Assembly (NCBI GenBank): GCA_045605765.1
Contig: JAZUQQ010000027.1
Span: 1,095 to 65,094, forward strand
From: Eubacteriales bacterium
GTDB taxonomy: Bacteria; Bacillota; Clostridia; Oscillospirales; CAG-272
DNA length: 64,000 nucleotides
Reading direction: 5' to 3'
Made by a program: the position numbers and the translations under genes. The number at the start of each line of letters is the position of its first letter. Within the stretch, counting starts at the first letter, position 1. Below are positions 48,972-56,992 of the stretch, piece by piece. The notes under the pieces were generated by a model. The model was not told the origin of the DNA. It did not search any database and saw only the letters and a list, made by a program, of their open reading frames with translations.

Positions 48972-49186
48972 TATAACGCCTTACGGCGCGTGATATGGAC
49001 ACCTGCGGTGTCGTGATATAGAACGCTTCGCGTTCGTGATATGTCGCTTGCGCGACGTAAGGCGATAGCGTTCCACGCGCACAAAGTGCGCATATCACGA
49101 AAGCCAACGGCTTTCCATATCACGCGCGACGAAGTTGCGCTATATCACGACGGCAACGCCGTCCATATCACTCCACCGTAGGTGGA
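48936..49186. repeat. heptamer-linked hairpin ladder (GTGATAT x4 … ATATCAC x4, ten variable GC hairpins)
   Basis: GTGATAT at 48968, 48990, 49013 and 49036. ATATCAC at 49092, 49117, 49142 and 49165. Between them are hairpins with 4-7 bp stems and 3-4 nt loops, each with a different sequence. Confidence 0.85.
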
Positions 49187-49201
49187 CTAAAAGGAGTATT
49201 T

Positions 49202-49555
49202 ATGGCAAAAACCTCACACGGGCTCGCGATCGAATTTGCAGTTGAGATTACTGAATTGTGCTCAAAAATAAAGGGACGACCTGAATATACAAAACAACTT
49301 ATTCGCAGTGCTTCTTCGATCAGCGCAAACATTGCAGAAGCAAAATATGCCGAGAGTAATGCCGACTTTGTTCATAAGCTCGAAATAGCCCAAAAGGAAG
49401 CAAACGAAACCGAAACGTGGCTTAGTGTTTTGTGTAAGAGCGGTATTATTGATGAGCTCACTTTCAAATCCTTGCGAAACAAGTGTGGTAAGATCAGAAG
49501 AATGTTGATTGCTTCGATTACTACTGTTAAGTCCAAAATGAACGGACAAAAGTGA
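49202..49555 (+). CDS. four-helix-bundle protein (23S rRNA intervening-sequence protein / Avd-like family)
   Basis: 117 aa with the pattern …QLIRSASSISANIAEA…F..KL.IA.KEANETETWL…. SD aaaggag. Confidence 0.8.
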   Translation: MAKTSHGLAIEFAVEITELCSKIKGRPEYTKQLIRSASSISANIAEAKYAESNADFVHKLEIAQKEANETETWLSVLCKSGIIDELTFKSLRNKCGKIRRMLIASITTVKSKMNGQK

Positions 49556-49662
49556 TTTTTGAGCAAAACTCGAAAGTGCATTTTACAGCTGTTTAGTATA
49601 ACATATCGAAAGGCTTATCATATGATAGACAGAAGTAAACAAGAAGATAAGGAGAAATTAAA

Positions 49663-50382
49663 ATGAAAATTTTATCCATTGGAAACAGCTTTTCCCAAGA
49701 TGCGCAAAGATATCTGCATTGCCTTGCAAAACACGACGGTACAGAATTGAAGACCGTAAATCTTTATATCGGTGGTTGCCCTTTGCGAAAGCATTATCTT
49801 AATATGCTGGATAATAACACCGCGTATGATTTTGAATTTAACGGAGAACAAACAGGCATCAAGGTTTCCATCTGACAAGCACTTGTCAGCGATGATTGGG
49901 ATTTTATCACCTTACAACAGGCAAGTCCTTTGAGTGGACAATATAAAACCTTCTCGCCCTATATCGAGGCACTGGCTGAATATGTCAAAAATTATTGCCC
50001 TCACGCAAAAATTCTGATACATCAGACATGGGCATATGAAAATGGCTCTGAAAAACTGATGCGCTTGGGTTATGTTTCTCCCAAAGAAATGCTATCTGCC
50101 ATTTGCGATTGTTATAGCAAAGCGGCGCAGAATATCAATGCTTACGGAATCATCCCTTGCGGTGAAGCCATGATGCAGGCTTTGGATATGGGTATTGGAA
50201 AGGTACATCGCTATACTTTTCATGCATCTCTTGGAGTAGGCAGATATTTGTTGGCGCTTTGCTGGTATAAAATCCTGACGAAAAAGGATATCACAGGCAA
50301 CTCGTTTAACGATTTTGACGTGCCCGTAACCGAACAAGAAAGAGAAATCGTAATAAAAGCGGTAAATTCTATAATGGTATAA
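49663..50382 (+). pseudogene. SGNH/DUF4886-like hydrolase gene interrupted by one in-frame TGA (49873-49875)
   Basis: The two track ORFs (49663-49875 and 49930-50382) are in the same frame. The read-through sequence …IKVSI*QALVSDDWDFITLQQASPLSGQY… is continuous and family-like. The N-terminus has ILSIGNSFSQDA. Confidence 0.7.
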
Positions 50383-50406
50383 ATTATACCTTTTACTCTT
50401 TTTACC

Positions 50407-50433
50407 CACGTTGAGAGTGTCGTTTGTCTGACG
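50407..50433 (+). repeat. right 27-bp direct repeat
   Basis: Identical to 48924-48950. Confidence 0.9.
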
Positions 50434-50483
50434 AGAAAATAACCGTTCTTTTATTTACCAAGCACAAAGAAAGGACAATGCAA

Positions 50484-50816
50484 ATGGCAGAAATGAAACT
50501 CCACCACGCTCCGTTTGAGATGATAAAAAGCGGAGAAAAGACAATAGAGCTTCGTCTGTTTGACGAAAAGCGCAGACTTCTCGAGATCGGAGAAAAAATT
50601 GTATTTACCGACACCGCCACGGGAGAAAAGCTGACAAAAACAGTTTTGAAGCTGCATACATTTGACAGCTTTGACGAGCTATACAAAGCTCTGCCTCTTT
50701 TACAATGTGGTTACACCAAAGAAAATATTGGTACGGCGCATCCTCGCGATATGGAAGCGTATTATTCCGCGGATCAGCAAAAAAAATACGGTGTTATCGG
50801 AATAGAGCTTGAGTGA
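50484..50816 (+). CDS. ASCH-domain protein
   Basis: …HHAPFEMIKSGEKTIELRLFDEKRR… typical ASCH N-terminus. Start uncertain (50478 or 50484). Confidence 0.75.
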   Translation: MAEMKLHHAPFEMIKSGEKTIELRLFDEKRRLLEIGEKIVFTDTATGEKLTKTVLKLHTFDSFDELYKALPLLQCGYTKENIGTAHPRDMEAYYSADQQKKYGVIGIELE

Positions 50817-50923
50817 CAACTCCAAATACAATTACTTTTGACTCTCTTTACATCAAAGCCCATTGACAAAAGTACACTAAACATATAAAATATATATATC
50901 CAACTTCTCAAAGGAGAAAACAG

Positions 50924-51529
50924 ATGGAAAAGAATTTTGAAAAAGAGCTCCCCGAAGGATACACCGAGGTGCTTCACATAAACGCGAAAGATAAGAAGCT
51001 CGGTCTTATTTTCAACGCCATCGCGCTCGTAGTTATGGTCGCAGTGCTTGCTATTGCTTTTGTTCCTGTAATGATACGCGGAAATATGACCGTAGAGAGC
51101 GACGAGCTCTTTGCCGCTTACGTAGTCTTTATAGCTTCAATGCTTATTTACATAGTTCTTCACGAACTCGTACACGGAGTTGCATACAAGCATATGACCG
51201 GCGAAAAGCTCACCTTCGGTATGAGTTGGAGCTGCGCATTTTGCGGCGTTCCAAACATATACGTCTACCGCAGGACTGCGCTTATCGCTTGCGCCGCTCC
51301 GCTTGTACTGTTTTCGGTAATACTCATTCCGCTAACCGTTTCACTCTATTTCGCAAGCACGCTTTTCTACTTTATAAGCGCGTTCGTTTTAGGTCTGCAT
51401 CTTGGTGGTTGCTGCGGAGATCTCTATTTGATCGGTCTTTTGCTCTTCAAATTTAAAAATGAAAATGTGCTTGTGCGCGACACAGGTCCAGAACAGTTTT
51501 TATATGTTCCAAGCGATATGAAGCTTTAA
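50924..51529 (+). CDS. DUF3267-like putative membrane zincin peptidase
   Basis: HELVHG motif within a polytopic membrane protein. Confidence 0.7.
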   Translation: MEKNFEKELPEGYTEVLHINAKDKKLGLIFNAIALVVMVAVLAIAFVPVMIRGNMTVESDELFAAYVVFIASMLIYIVLHELVHGVAYKHMTGEKLTFGMSWSCAFCGVPNIYVYRRTALIACAAPLVLFSVILIPLTVSLYFASTLFYFISAFVLGLHLGGCCGDLYLIGLLLFKFKNENVLVRDTGPEQFLYVPSDMKL

Positions 51530-51538
51530 AAAGCCACT

Positions 51539-52321
51539 ATGAAAAGAACTTTGATGACTCCAACCGTTGCAAACTATCCGAGCGAGCTCAGATCTCTCTT
51601 CGATGGTGCAACGGTTTACGACAGTAGCTGTTCGCCAGAAGCTAAGGTGCTTTTTATCGACAAAGACCGCGGATATTATATCAAGTCGGCGGACAAGAGC
51701 TCTCTCGAATACGAAGCAAAGCTCACCAGATATTTTAACAAAAAAGGGCTCGGTGCCAAGGTTCTTGCTTATATTTCGCAAGAAAAAGACTTTTTACTCA
51801 CCGAGCGCGTGATCGGCGAGGACTGCACTCACACGGACTACATCTCCTATCCAAAAAGACTGTGCGACGTAACCGCCGAGCATCTTCGCGCTCTGCACGA
51901 GCTTGATTTTTCGGACTGCCCGATAGATCAAACCTCAAATTACATCGCCACCGCCGAGAAAAATTACAAGCTCGGAAACTACGATACCTCGCTTTTCCCA
52001 GACAACTGGGGATACAGGTCAGCAGAGGAAGCGTGGAAGATCATCTGCAATCACAAGGGCAATCTGAAAAACGAGGTGTTGCTTCACGGTGACTACTGCC
52101 TTCCGAATATTATACTCGATAACTGGAAATTTTCCGCATTTATCGACGTCGGAAACGGTGGAGTCGGAGATCGGCACGTCGATCTTTTCTGGGGCGCGTG
52201 GTCACTTCTCTTTAATCTTAAAACAGACAATTACCGCGAGAGGTTTTTTGATGCCTACGGCAGAGATCTCGTTGACACGGAAAAGCTGAAAATCATCGCA
52301 GCGTTCGAAGTTTTCGGATAA
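51539..52321 (+). CDS. aminoglycoside 3'-phosphotransferase family protein
   Basis: …HGDYCLPNIILD…FIDVGNGGVGDRHVDL… is collinear with APH(3') catalytic and Mg-binding motifs. Confidence 0.85.
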   Translation: MKRTLMTPTVANYPSELRSLFDGATVYDSSCSPEAKVLFIDKDRGYYIKSADKSSLEYEAKLTRYFNKKGLGAKVLAYISQEKDFLLTERVIGEDCTHTDYISYPKRLCDVTAEHLRALHELDFSDCPIDQTSNYIATAEKNYKLGNYDTSLFPDNWGYRSAEEAWKIICNHKGNLKNEVLLHGDYCLPNIILDNWKFSAFIDVGNGGVGDRHVDLFWGAWSLLFNLKTDNYRERFFDAYGRDLVDTEKLKIIAAFEVFG

Positions 52322-52376
52322 AAAGAAAAAAACGTAGCGCGGATCTCTCATCAGAACGTACGAAAGGAAAAAAGAT

Positions 52377-53120
52377 ATGGCAATTAAAGACGGACTTTCA
52401 AATGCATCGACCTCTATGAACTCTTTTCTTATGATAGGACAATCCAATATGGCGGGAAGAGGTCATTTTCACGAGGTAGAACCAATAAATAACAAGCTAT
52501 GTCATATGCTCCGTATGGGCAGATGGCAGAAAATGAGCGAGCCTATAAATCCAGACAGAGATATGTTTAACCCTGATTGGCACAGCGGTATAAGTCTTGC
52601 AGCAAGCTTTGCAGACGATTTCGCAAAGTATACTGATAAGCCCGTCGGACTTGTCCCATGTGCAGACGGCGGTACTAATATGGATCAGTGGGCAGTAGGC
52701 GGAGTGCTTTACGATCACGCGCTATTTATGACAAAACTAGCAATGCGCACATCAAATCTTTGCGGAATCCTTTGGCACCAAGGAGAGAGTGACTGCGGAA
52801 ATGACGATCGCGTTAACGCATACAAGGACAAGTTCATAACTATGATAACCACTCTCCGCCGCGATCTCGGTGACGAAAATATACCCGTAATTATCGGAGA
52901 AATCGGCACAAATATTGCCGATCGCTACGGTCTTGGCGACCGCCCTGTCAAAATAAACGCTGTTTTTGGCGAAATAGCAAAAGAACTTCCAATGTGTGCA
53001 GTCGCATCCTCAGAAGGTCTGACGCTCAACTCTGACTTTCTCCACTTTGATGCGGTATCACTCCGCACATTCGGTCACAGATATTTCAATGCCTACAAGA
53101 GTCTTCTGCATCAAGACTGA
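52377..53120 (+). CDS. sialate O-acetylesterase-like (DUF303/CE6) SGNH esterase
   Basis: GQSNMAGRG catalytic Ser motif near the N-terminus and …WHQGESD…. Confidence 0.8.
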   Translation: MAIKDGLSNASTSMNSFLMIGQSNMAGRGHFHEVEPINNKLCHMLRMGRWQKMSEPINPDRDMFNPDWHSGISLAASFADDFAKYTDKPVGLVPCADGGTNMDQWAVGGVLYDHALFMTKLAMRTSNLCGILWHQGESDCGNDDRVNAYKDKFITMITTLRRDLGDENIPVIIGEIGTNIADRYGLGDRPVKINAVFGEIAKELPMCAVASSEGLTLNSDFLHFDAVSLRTFGHRYFNAYKSLLHQD

Positions 53121-53377
53121 TAATATAAAGGCAGGGTGTCGTACACAATATCGTGAAGATGGCAGGGTTCCACCTCTTCTTTTGCCAGAAGATAAAGAAA
53201 TCGTTCGGCACTTTCTCTGTCGCAACAGATATCTTCAGCAAAAGATATGTCATCTGATGTCTCTATGCTCATCGAATATATATCGTCTTCACGCGTCTTG
53301 GAGATATAAAGTTTATACGTTATCAACATATTGATTGAATTTTGCTTATTTATTACAACTAACTCACGTAAATTCAT
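53111..53377 (-). CDS. small hypothetical protein (88 aa)
   Basis: SD agagga 5 nt before the ATG. No family confidently recognised. Confidence 0.5.
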   Translation of the reverse strand: MNLRELVVINKQNSINMLITYKLYISKTREDDIYSMSIETSDDISFAEDICCDRESAERFLYLLAKEEVEPCHLHDIVYDTLPLYYQS

Positions 53378-53639
53378 ATTTATCCTCTTTTTTCACTACA
53401 TATTGTGTCTTTCGTTCAGCATTTACAACATCATAATACCATATTTTGATATTTACGTCTCCTATCGTAACTATGCGTGCTTCGACAAGGAAACGCTTTA
53501 ACGCATCATTTTTGCGTTTTTTTGATGAATAATAAATTACGATTTGTATAAATATACCTGTTTTATAATAAAATTGTGAAGCTAAAAACGCCTGCAAACC
53601 ACACTATATATTGATTTATACTAACTAAAGGGAGGTACA

Positions 53640-54263
53640 ATGAAAAAAAATCAACAAAAAGAACCCACGAAAATGAGCAGAGTGCTCTCGCTTGCTTGGG
53701 TATTCTTCAAGATAGGTCTGCTCACCTTCGGTGGCGGATACGCTATGATACCGATAATTCAGTCAGAGGTTTCGGAGAAGCGGGGCTGGATAAGAGAAGA
53801 AGAGCTTATGCAAGTTATCACCATAGCCGAATCCACGCCCGGTCCTATAGCAATAAACTCGGCGACTTACGTCGGATATAAGATTTGCGGCGTGCTCGGC
53901 TCGATAGCGGCAACCGTTTCGGTCGTGCTCGCTCCCTTTACTATCATATATCTCATATCGCTTTTTCTCGAAGCCTTTATGCGCTTCACGGTAGTTGAAA
54001 ACGCTTTCAGGGGTATTCAGATAGCGGTTGCATTTTTGATACTGTCTGCGGGAATAAAGTTTATCAAAAAGCTTAAAAAAGAGATCTTCCCGATAGTAGC
54101 GGTATCTTTGACCGTCGCCATAATGCTCCTTCTCGACGTTTTCGCGCTTTCCTTCTCCTCGGTATATCTTATAATTATGGGAGCACTCGCAGGATTTGTC
54201 ATAACTGCGATCAGTCTTTCTCAGAAAAAGAAAGCAGATAAAAAGGGGGACAAGAACAAATGA
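53640..54263 (+). CDS. chromate transporter family protein (short CHR, first half)
   Basis: FGGGYAMIPI…ESTPGPIAIN signature. Confidence 0.85.
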   Translation: MKKNQQKEPTKMSRVLSLAWVFFKIGLLTFGGGYAMIPIIQSEVSEKRGWIREEELMQVITIAESTPGPIAINSATYVGYKICGVLGSIAATVSVVLAPFTIIYLISLFLEAFMRFTVVENAFRGIQIAVAFLILSAGIKFIKKLKKEIFPIVAVSLTVAIMLLLDVFALSFSSVYLIIMGALAGFVITAISLSQKKKADKKGDKNK

Positions 54264-54868
54264 TGGTATGTCTTGAACTTTTCCTCACATTCTTTAAAAT
54301 AGGCATCGTTTCCTTCGGCGGCGGATACGCGATGCTCGCTCTTATGACCGACGAAATACTCGCTCACGGCTGGCTTGAAAGCGAAATGATAAAGAACTTT
54401 ATCGGTATCGCGGAGTCCACCCCCGGTCCTATATCAATAAATATGTCAACCTTTGTCGGAAGCTCGCAGTACGGATTTTTGGGAGCTTTCTGCGCTACGC
54501 TCGGTATGGTTCTTCCCTCGTTTATTATCATTCTGATAATCGCTTCCCTACTCAAATCATTTCTTAAAAATCCTTACGTAAGCGGAACGCTCGCGGGAGC
54601 TCAGCCCGTAGCGGTCGGACTCATCGCGGCAACAGGTCTTAGCTTTATGATCGCGGTATTCTTCCCTGATTTCGGAAACACGAATATTCTGTCAGCTATA
54701 AAAAACGTACAGACCGACGTTGCGACCTATATCCTCGCCGCACTCATCTTCGCCTTTATGCTTATTTTCAGTAAAATAAAGAAAAAGCAGCCATCGCCAG
54801 TAATGCTTATACTTTTTTCCGCACTTATGGGAATTATCGTTTGCCCGATAGTTGAACTGATAAAATGA
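54260..54868 (+). CDS. chromate transporter family protein (short CHR, second half)
   Basis: FGGGYAMLAL…ESTPGPISIN signature. ATGA overlap with the upstream gene. Confidence 0.85.
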   Translation: MMVCLELFLTFFKIGIVSFGGGYAMLALMTDEILAHGWLESEMIKNFIGIAESTPGPISINMSTFVGSSQYGFLGAFCATLGMVLPSFIIILIIASLLKSFLKNPYVSGTLAGAQPVAVGLIAATGLSFMIAVFFPDFGNTNILSAIKNVQTDVATYILAALIFAFMLIFSKIKKKQPSPVMLILFSALMGIIVCPIVELIK

Positions 54869-55650
54869 AGGACTTTATTCCAACCAGCGCTATCCCGGGC
54901 GATAGCGGAAGGTTTAAAGAAGCGTGCGATCTCGCGCGAAGCTGCGCGTATGACGACGAGGCTCCAAGCGAAATAGGAACGCTTTCCGAGCGCAGACTCC
55001 ATAGCGTACTGAAATTTTATTACGAGAACGATATTTCTCTGCACGAGGTTAAGATCGGACGCTTTTTCGCGGACATCGTGAGCGGCAGTCAGATCGTCGA
55101 GATCCAGACAGGAGATCTCGGAAGGCTCAGGCGTAAGCTCGACGCCTTTTTGAAGGATCATACGGTCACCGTCGTACACCCTCTGGCGAAAAACTGCGTT
55201 ATTTCGCGCATTGATCCCGAAACGGGAGAGAGCATCAGCCGTCGTAAAAGTCCGTATCACGCCGACATTTACAGTGCGATACCGCAGCTCTACCGCATAC
55301 GACCGTATCTTTCAAATCAGAATCTTGCGCTTCGGCTCGTTTTCCTCTCGGTAGAAGAATTCCGCACTCCTAACTGCAAAAGGTGGGGATCTCATAGAGG
55401 CTCTGTTCGTTTAGAACGCTTCCCCGAGGCGATCCACTACGAGATAGACCTTTCAACTCCCGAAGATTACCGTGTTTTTCTGCCCGAATCACTACCCGAA
55501 AGATTTACCTCTGGCGATCTGAAAAGGGTAACGAAATGTCCGAACTCTTCCCTGCTTCTGAACATTCTCACAAGCGTCGGAACGGTCGAGCGCGTGGGGA
55601 AAACGGGCAATTCTTACATTTATGAGATAAAAAATAACCGCAGGACTTAG
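54865..55650 (+). CDS. hypothetical protein with a PD-(D/E)xK-like motif
   Basis: …GRFFADIVSGSQIVEIQTG… (a D…ExQ/K-type pattern). ATGA overlap with the upstream CHR gene. Confidence 0.5.
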   Translation: MKDFIPTSAIPGDSGRFKEACDLARSCAYDDEAPSEIGTLSERRLHSVLKFYYENDISLHEVKIGRFFADIVSGSQIVEIQTGDLGRLRRKLDAFLKDHTVTVVHPLAKNCVISRIDPETGESISRRKSPYHADIYSAIPQLYRIRPYLSNQNLALRLVFLSVEEFRTPNCKRWGSHRGSVRLERFPEAIHYEIDLSTPEDYRVFLPESLPERFTSGDLKRVTKCPNSSLLLNILTSVGTVERVGKTGNSYIYEIKNNRRT

Positions 55651-55662
55651 ATCCTGCAGTTT

Positions 55663-56874
55663 TTATATCCTTTTCGCTTTTTCCAAAAGTGCCTCTCTAC
55701 TGTTTTCCACCTCGCCTTCGATGACGAGTCCGAGAAGCTCTTTGAGTTTCTTTCCCATTTCGGGAGACTTGGGAATTCCTATCTCGGCGAGATCGCCTCC
55801 GCTTATCGCAAGCTGCTTTATAGAAATGCAAACGTTTTGCGCCTCAGCTTTATCGATCGCCGCAGACAGAGCGTCAAGCTCTCCCTTATCTGCTCCGAAA
55901 GCCCTTCTGAGCGAAATTATTCGCCTTAGATCATCGTATCCGTTCTCAGAAAGCAAATGAGCGACCTGCTTCTCAAAGCGATCGGATGAGCTCTTTGGCA
56001 GCTCACAGCCGAGCGATCCGACGAGCTTTTTGACAAGTCTGTGAGTTTCGTTATCGGTTTTCAGATCGCGCATCACTCTGCCCGCCTCTTCTTTATCAAG
56101 GTGGGAAAGAAGCGCGGCATATCTTACCGTGTGATCCCTCGGAGCGATGGCGGCGGCGTCTATATTTTCGCTTGGAATATCTCCGAAAATCTCTGAAAGC
56201 ACCAGATAAAATTCTCTTAGCATCTTATGTGCACCGTCACCGAGAATCATCTTCGTAAATTCGGAATATATGCGCTCCGCCGATATATTTTTGAGAAGGC
56301 TCCTATTTCTGACCACCGCCTCGGCGGTCTCTTTTTCTACCTTGAAGCCAAGCACGGACGCAAAGCGCATCGCGCGAAGTATTCTCAGTCCGTCCTCGTT
56401 AAATCTTGTATCCGCGTCACCGACACATTTGACTATCCTTCGTTCTATATCCTTTTCGCCCTCGAAAAGATCTATGAGCCCCTCGTCAGGATTATACGCC
56501 ATAGCATTGACCGTGAAATCTCTGCGCGAGAGATCCTCGGCTATATTTCTAACAAAAGTAACCTCTTTCGGGTGGCGGTTATCGAGATATTCGCCATCTG
56601 TACGGAATGTGGTTATTTCTATATTTTCGCCTTCATATACCACTGTGACCGTTCCGTGTTTAAGACCCGTGAGAATTATCTCGCAGTCGGGAAAGCATTC
56701 GATGGTTTCAGAAGGAAAAGCATCTGTTGTGATATCGAAATCGTGCGGTATTTTGCCCATAAGCATATCGCGCACACATCCGCCCACGGCGTACCCGCGA
56801 TATCCATATGCTTTAAGACGGTTTATTATTTCACTTATTTTTTTAGGAAGTATTATCTTACCGTATTCTGGCAT
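55663..56874 (-). CDS. cca: CCA-adding tRNA nucleotidyltransferase
   Basis: GYAVGGCVRDMLMGKIPHDFDITT signature. ATG 56874 follows aaaggag. Confidence 0.9.
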   Translation of the reverse strand: MPEYGKIILPKKISEIINRLKAYGYRGYAVGGCVRDMLMGKIPHDFDITTDAFPSETIECFPDCEIILTGLKHGTVTVVYEGENIEITTFRTDGEYLDNRHPKEVTFVRNIAEDLSRRDFTVNAMAYNPDEGLIDLFEGEKDIERRIVKCVGDADTRFNEDGLRILRAMRFASVLGFKVEKETAEAVVRNRSLLKNISAERIYSEFTKMILGDGAHKMLREFYLVLSEIFGDIPSENIDAAAIAPRDHTVRYAALLSHLDKEEAGRVMRDLKTDNETHRLVKKLVGSLGCELPKSSSDRFEKQVAHLLSENGYDDLRRIISLRRAFGADKGELDALSAAIDKAEAQNVCISIKQLAISGGDLAEIGIPKSPEMGKKLKELLGLVIEGEVENSREALLEKAKRI

Positions 56875-56992
56875 TTTCCGCACTCCTTTCAAAGCTTCTT
56901 ACCCTGTAATTATACATAAGAAAGTCATTTATGTCAAGAGAAGAAAACAAAAACGGAATATGCTGCAAGCGCATATTCCGTTTTGATTTTTA

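Larger units (their letters stand above)
48951..50406. mobile_element. 1456-bp recombinase-less insertion at the rlmD 3' end
   Basis: Flanked by perfect 27-bp direct repeats. The right copy preserves an alternative rlmD end (…HVESVVCLTRK stop). Confidence 0.7.

Noticed and set aside
48968-49171. CRISPR array interpretation of the regularly spaced repeats
   Set aside because: The conserved unit is only 7 nt. The intervening 15-18 nt segments are all self-complementary hairpins. The orientation flips halfway through. No cas genes or leader are present.
49873-49875. Alternative genetic code (TGA as a sense codon) explaining the split SGNH-like gene
   Set aside because: Several well-supported genes in the window end at TGA at the expected length, including cysE at 25469 and rlmD at 48971. 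The standard code 11 applies.
53364-53597. 77-aa minus-strand ORF upstream of the 88-aa ORF
   Set aside because: It has a TTG start without an SD, an AT-rich promoter-like sequence inside it, and Tyr/Lys/Ile-rich low-complexity composition. It is more likely the 5' untranslated or promoter region of the 88-aa gene.
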